Below, in pieces: positions 61,685 through 64,000 of a stretch of 64,000 nt of DNA. The stretch is from Squalus acanthias (lineage: Eukaryota), in assembly GCA_030390025.1 (NCBI GenBank), contig CM059432.1, forward strand, positions 146,446,001 through 146,510,000, written 5' to 3'. The notes below the pieces were generated by a model, which was not told where the DNA came from, made no database searches, and worked only from the letters and a program-made list of their open reading frames with translations. Numbering within the stretch: position 1 is the first letter of the stretch; every line of letters starts with the position of its first letter. A program made the position numbers and the translations under genes.

Positions 61685-64000
61685 ACATCAAAAATAGGAG
61701 CAGGAGTAGGTCATAAGGCCCACTGAGCCTGATCCGCCATTCAGTAAGATCAAGGCTGAACTTCTACATCAACTCACTTTCCCGCCCTATCCCCATATCC
61801 CTTGGTTCCCATAGTGCCCAAGAATCTCTCGATCTCAGTCTTGAATATACTGAACGACTGAGCAGCCACAGCTCGCTTGGGTAGAGATTTCCAAAGATTC
61901 ACAATCTTTTGAATGAAGAAATTTCTCATCTCAATCCTAAGTGGCCGACCCCTTATCCTGAGACTATGACCCCTAGTTCTAGACTCTCCAGTCAGGGGAA
62001 ACAGCCTCTCAGCATCTACCCTGTCAAGCCCTCTAAGAATTTTATATGTTTCAATGGGATCACCTTTCATTCTTCTAATCTCCAGAGAATATAGGCCCAT
62101 TCTACTCAATCTCTCCTCATAGAACAACCTTCTCATCCCAGGAATCAATCTAGTGAACCTTCGTTGTAACCCCTCTAAGGAAAGTATATCCTTCCTTAGA
62201 TTCAAAAACCAAAACTGTGCACAGTACTCCAGGTGTGGTCTCACTAAAGCCAACAACAACAACAACTTGTGTTTATATAGCGCCTTTAACGTAGTAAAAC
62301 GTCCCAAGGCGCTGCACAGGAGTATTTTAAGACAACAAATTTGACACCGAGCCACATATGGATAAATTAGGGCAGGTGACCAAAAGCTTGGTCAAAGAGG
62401 TAGGTTTTAAGGAGTGTCTTAAAGGAGGAAAGAGAGGTAGCGAGGCGGAGAGGTTTAGGGAGGGAATTCCAGAGCTTAGGGCCTAGGCAACAGAAGACAC
62501 GGCCACCAATGGTTGAGCGATTATAATCAGGGATGCTCAAGAGGGCAGAATTAGAGGAGCGCAGATATCTCGGGGGGTTGTGGGGCTGGAGGAGATTACA
62601 GAGATAGAAAGGGGCGAGGCCATGGAGGGATTTGAAAACAAGGATGAGAATTTTGAAATCAAGGCGCTGCTTAACCAGGAGCCAATGTTGGTCAGCGAGC
62701 ACAGGGGAGATGGGCGAACGGGACTTGGTGCGGGTTAGGACACGGGCAGCCGAGTTTTGGATGACCTCAAGTTTGCGTAGGGTGGAATATGGGAGGCCAG
62801 CCAGGAGTGCGTTGGAATAGTCAAGTCTAGAGGTACCAAAGGCATGGATGAGTGTTTCAGCAGTGGGTGAGTTGAGGCAAGGGCGGAGACGGGCGATGTT
62901 ACGGAGGTGGAAGTAGGCGGTCTTAGTTATACTGCGGATATGTGATCGGAAGCTCATTTCAGGGTCAAATATGACACCAAGGTTGCGAACAGTGTGGTTC
63001 AGCCTCAGACAGATGTTAGGGAGAGGGATGGAGTCAGTGGCTAGGGAACAGAGTTTGTGGCGGGGACCGAAAACAATGGCTTCGATCTTCCCAATATTTA
63101 ATTGGAGAAAATTTTTGCTCATCCAGTACTGGATGTCGGACAAGCAGTCTGACAATTTAGACACCGTGGAGGGGTCGAGAGAAGAGGTAGTGAGTTAGCG
63201 CTGGGTGTCGTCAGCACACATGGAAACTGACGCTGTGTTTTCGGATGATGTCACCAAGGGGCAACATGTAGATGAGAAATAGGAGGGGGCCAAGGATAGA
63301 TCCTTGGGGGACACCAGAGGTAACGATTCGGGAGCGGGAAGAGAAGCCGTTGCAGGTGATTCTCTGGTTACGATTAGATAGATAAGAATGGAACCAGGCG
63401 AGTGCAGTCCCTCCCAGCTGGACGACAGTGGAGAGGCGTTGGAGGAGGATGGAGTGGTCAACCGTGTCAAAGGCTGCAGACAAGTCAAAAAGGACGAGGA
63501 GGGATAGTTTACCTTTGTCACAGTTACATAAGATGTCATTTGTGACTTTGATGAGAGCCGTTTCGGTACTGTGGCAAGGGCAGAAACCTGATTGGAGGAA
63601 TTCAAACATGAAATTGCGGGAAAGATGGGCACGGATTTGGGAGGCGACAACACATTCAAGGACTTTGGAGAGGAAAGGGAGGTTGGAGATGGGGCGGTAG
63701 TTTGCAAGAACGGAGGGATCAAGGATCAAGGATCAAGCCTCATATAATTGCAGCAAGACTTTCTGACTCTTATACTCCAACCCCTTTGCAATAAAAGCTA
63801 ATGCACCATTTCCCTTCCTAATTGCATGCTGTACCTGCATGTTAACTTTCTGTGATTTGTGTACAAGGACACCCAGGTCCTTCTGAATATCAACATTTAC
63901 TAGTCTCTCACCTTTTGAAAAAATTCTGCTTTTCCATTATTCATACCAAAGTGAATAATTTCACATTTCCCCACAGTATACTCCATCTGCCTCTTTATTG
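61685..64000 (-). mobile_element. CR1 3' part interrupted by an L2 (62251-63725, minus)
   Basis: CR1 ORF 61774-62250 continues at 63735; L2 RT ORFs 63211-63729 (NYRPISNLPFLSK, DLSAAFDTVDH) and 62367-63164; (TTG)n tail. Confidence 0.92.

Overview
Eukaryotic, repeat-dominated DNA, most likely from a cartilaginous fish (inferred from the repeat set: CR1 and L2 LINEs, SacSINE1/AmnSINE-type DeuSINEs, Penelope-like elements and PIF/Harbinger elements). There is no intact long gene, and nearly all ORF-track entries are transposon relics or satellite translations. Main contents: (i) a near full-length decayed CR1 (ORF1 SGNH esterase, ORF2 APE endonuclease + RT) and many CR1, L2, RTE and other LINE fragments; (ii) a large PIF/Harbinger set with two DDE transposase relics, two clear Myb/SANT (NAIF1-like) relics and about 13 CpG-rich TIR elements, several with 3-bp TSDs; (iii) Penelope-like termini carrying minimal type I hammerhead ribozyme motifs, two of them as small self-inverted insertions with TSDs; (iv) two ~220-bp solo LTRs with 5-bp TSDs; (v) a ~10-kb 25/24-bp satellite with higher-order duplications, apparently derived from an older 12-bp repeat; (vi) candidate exons of unidentified host genes. 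All coordinates were read by eye. TIR/TSD boundaries are close to exact, while LINE fragment ends are approximate.
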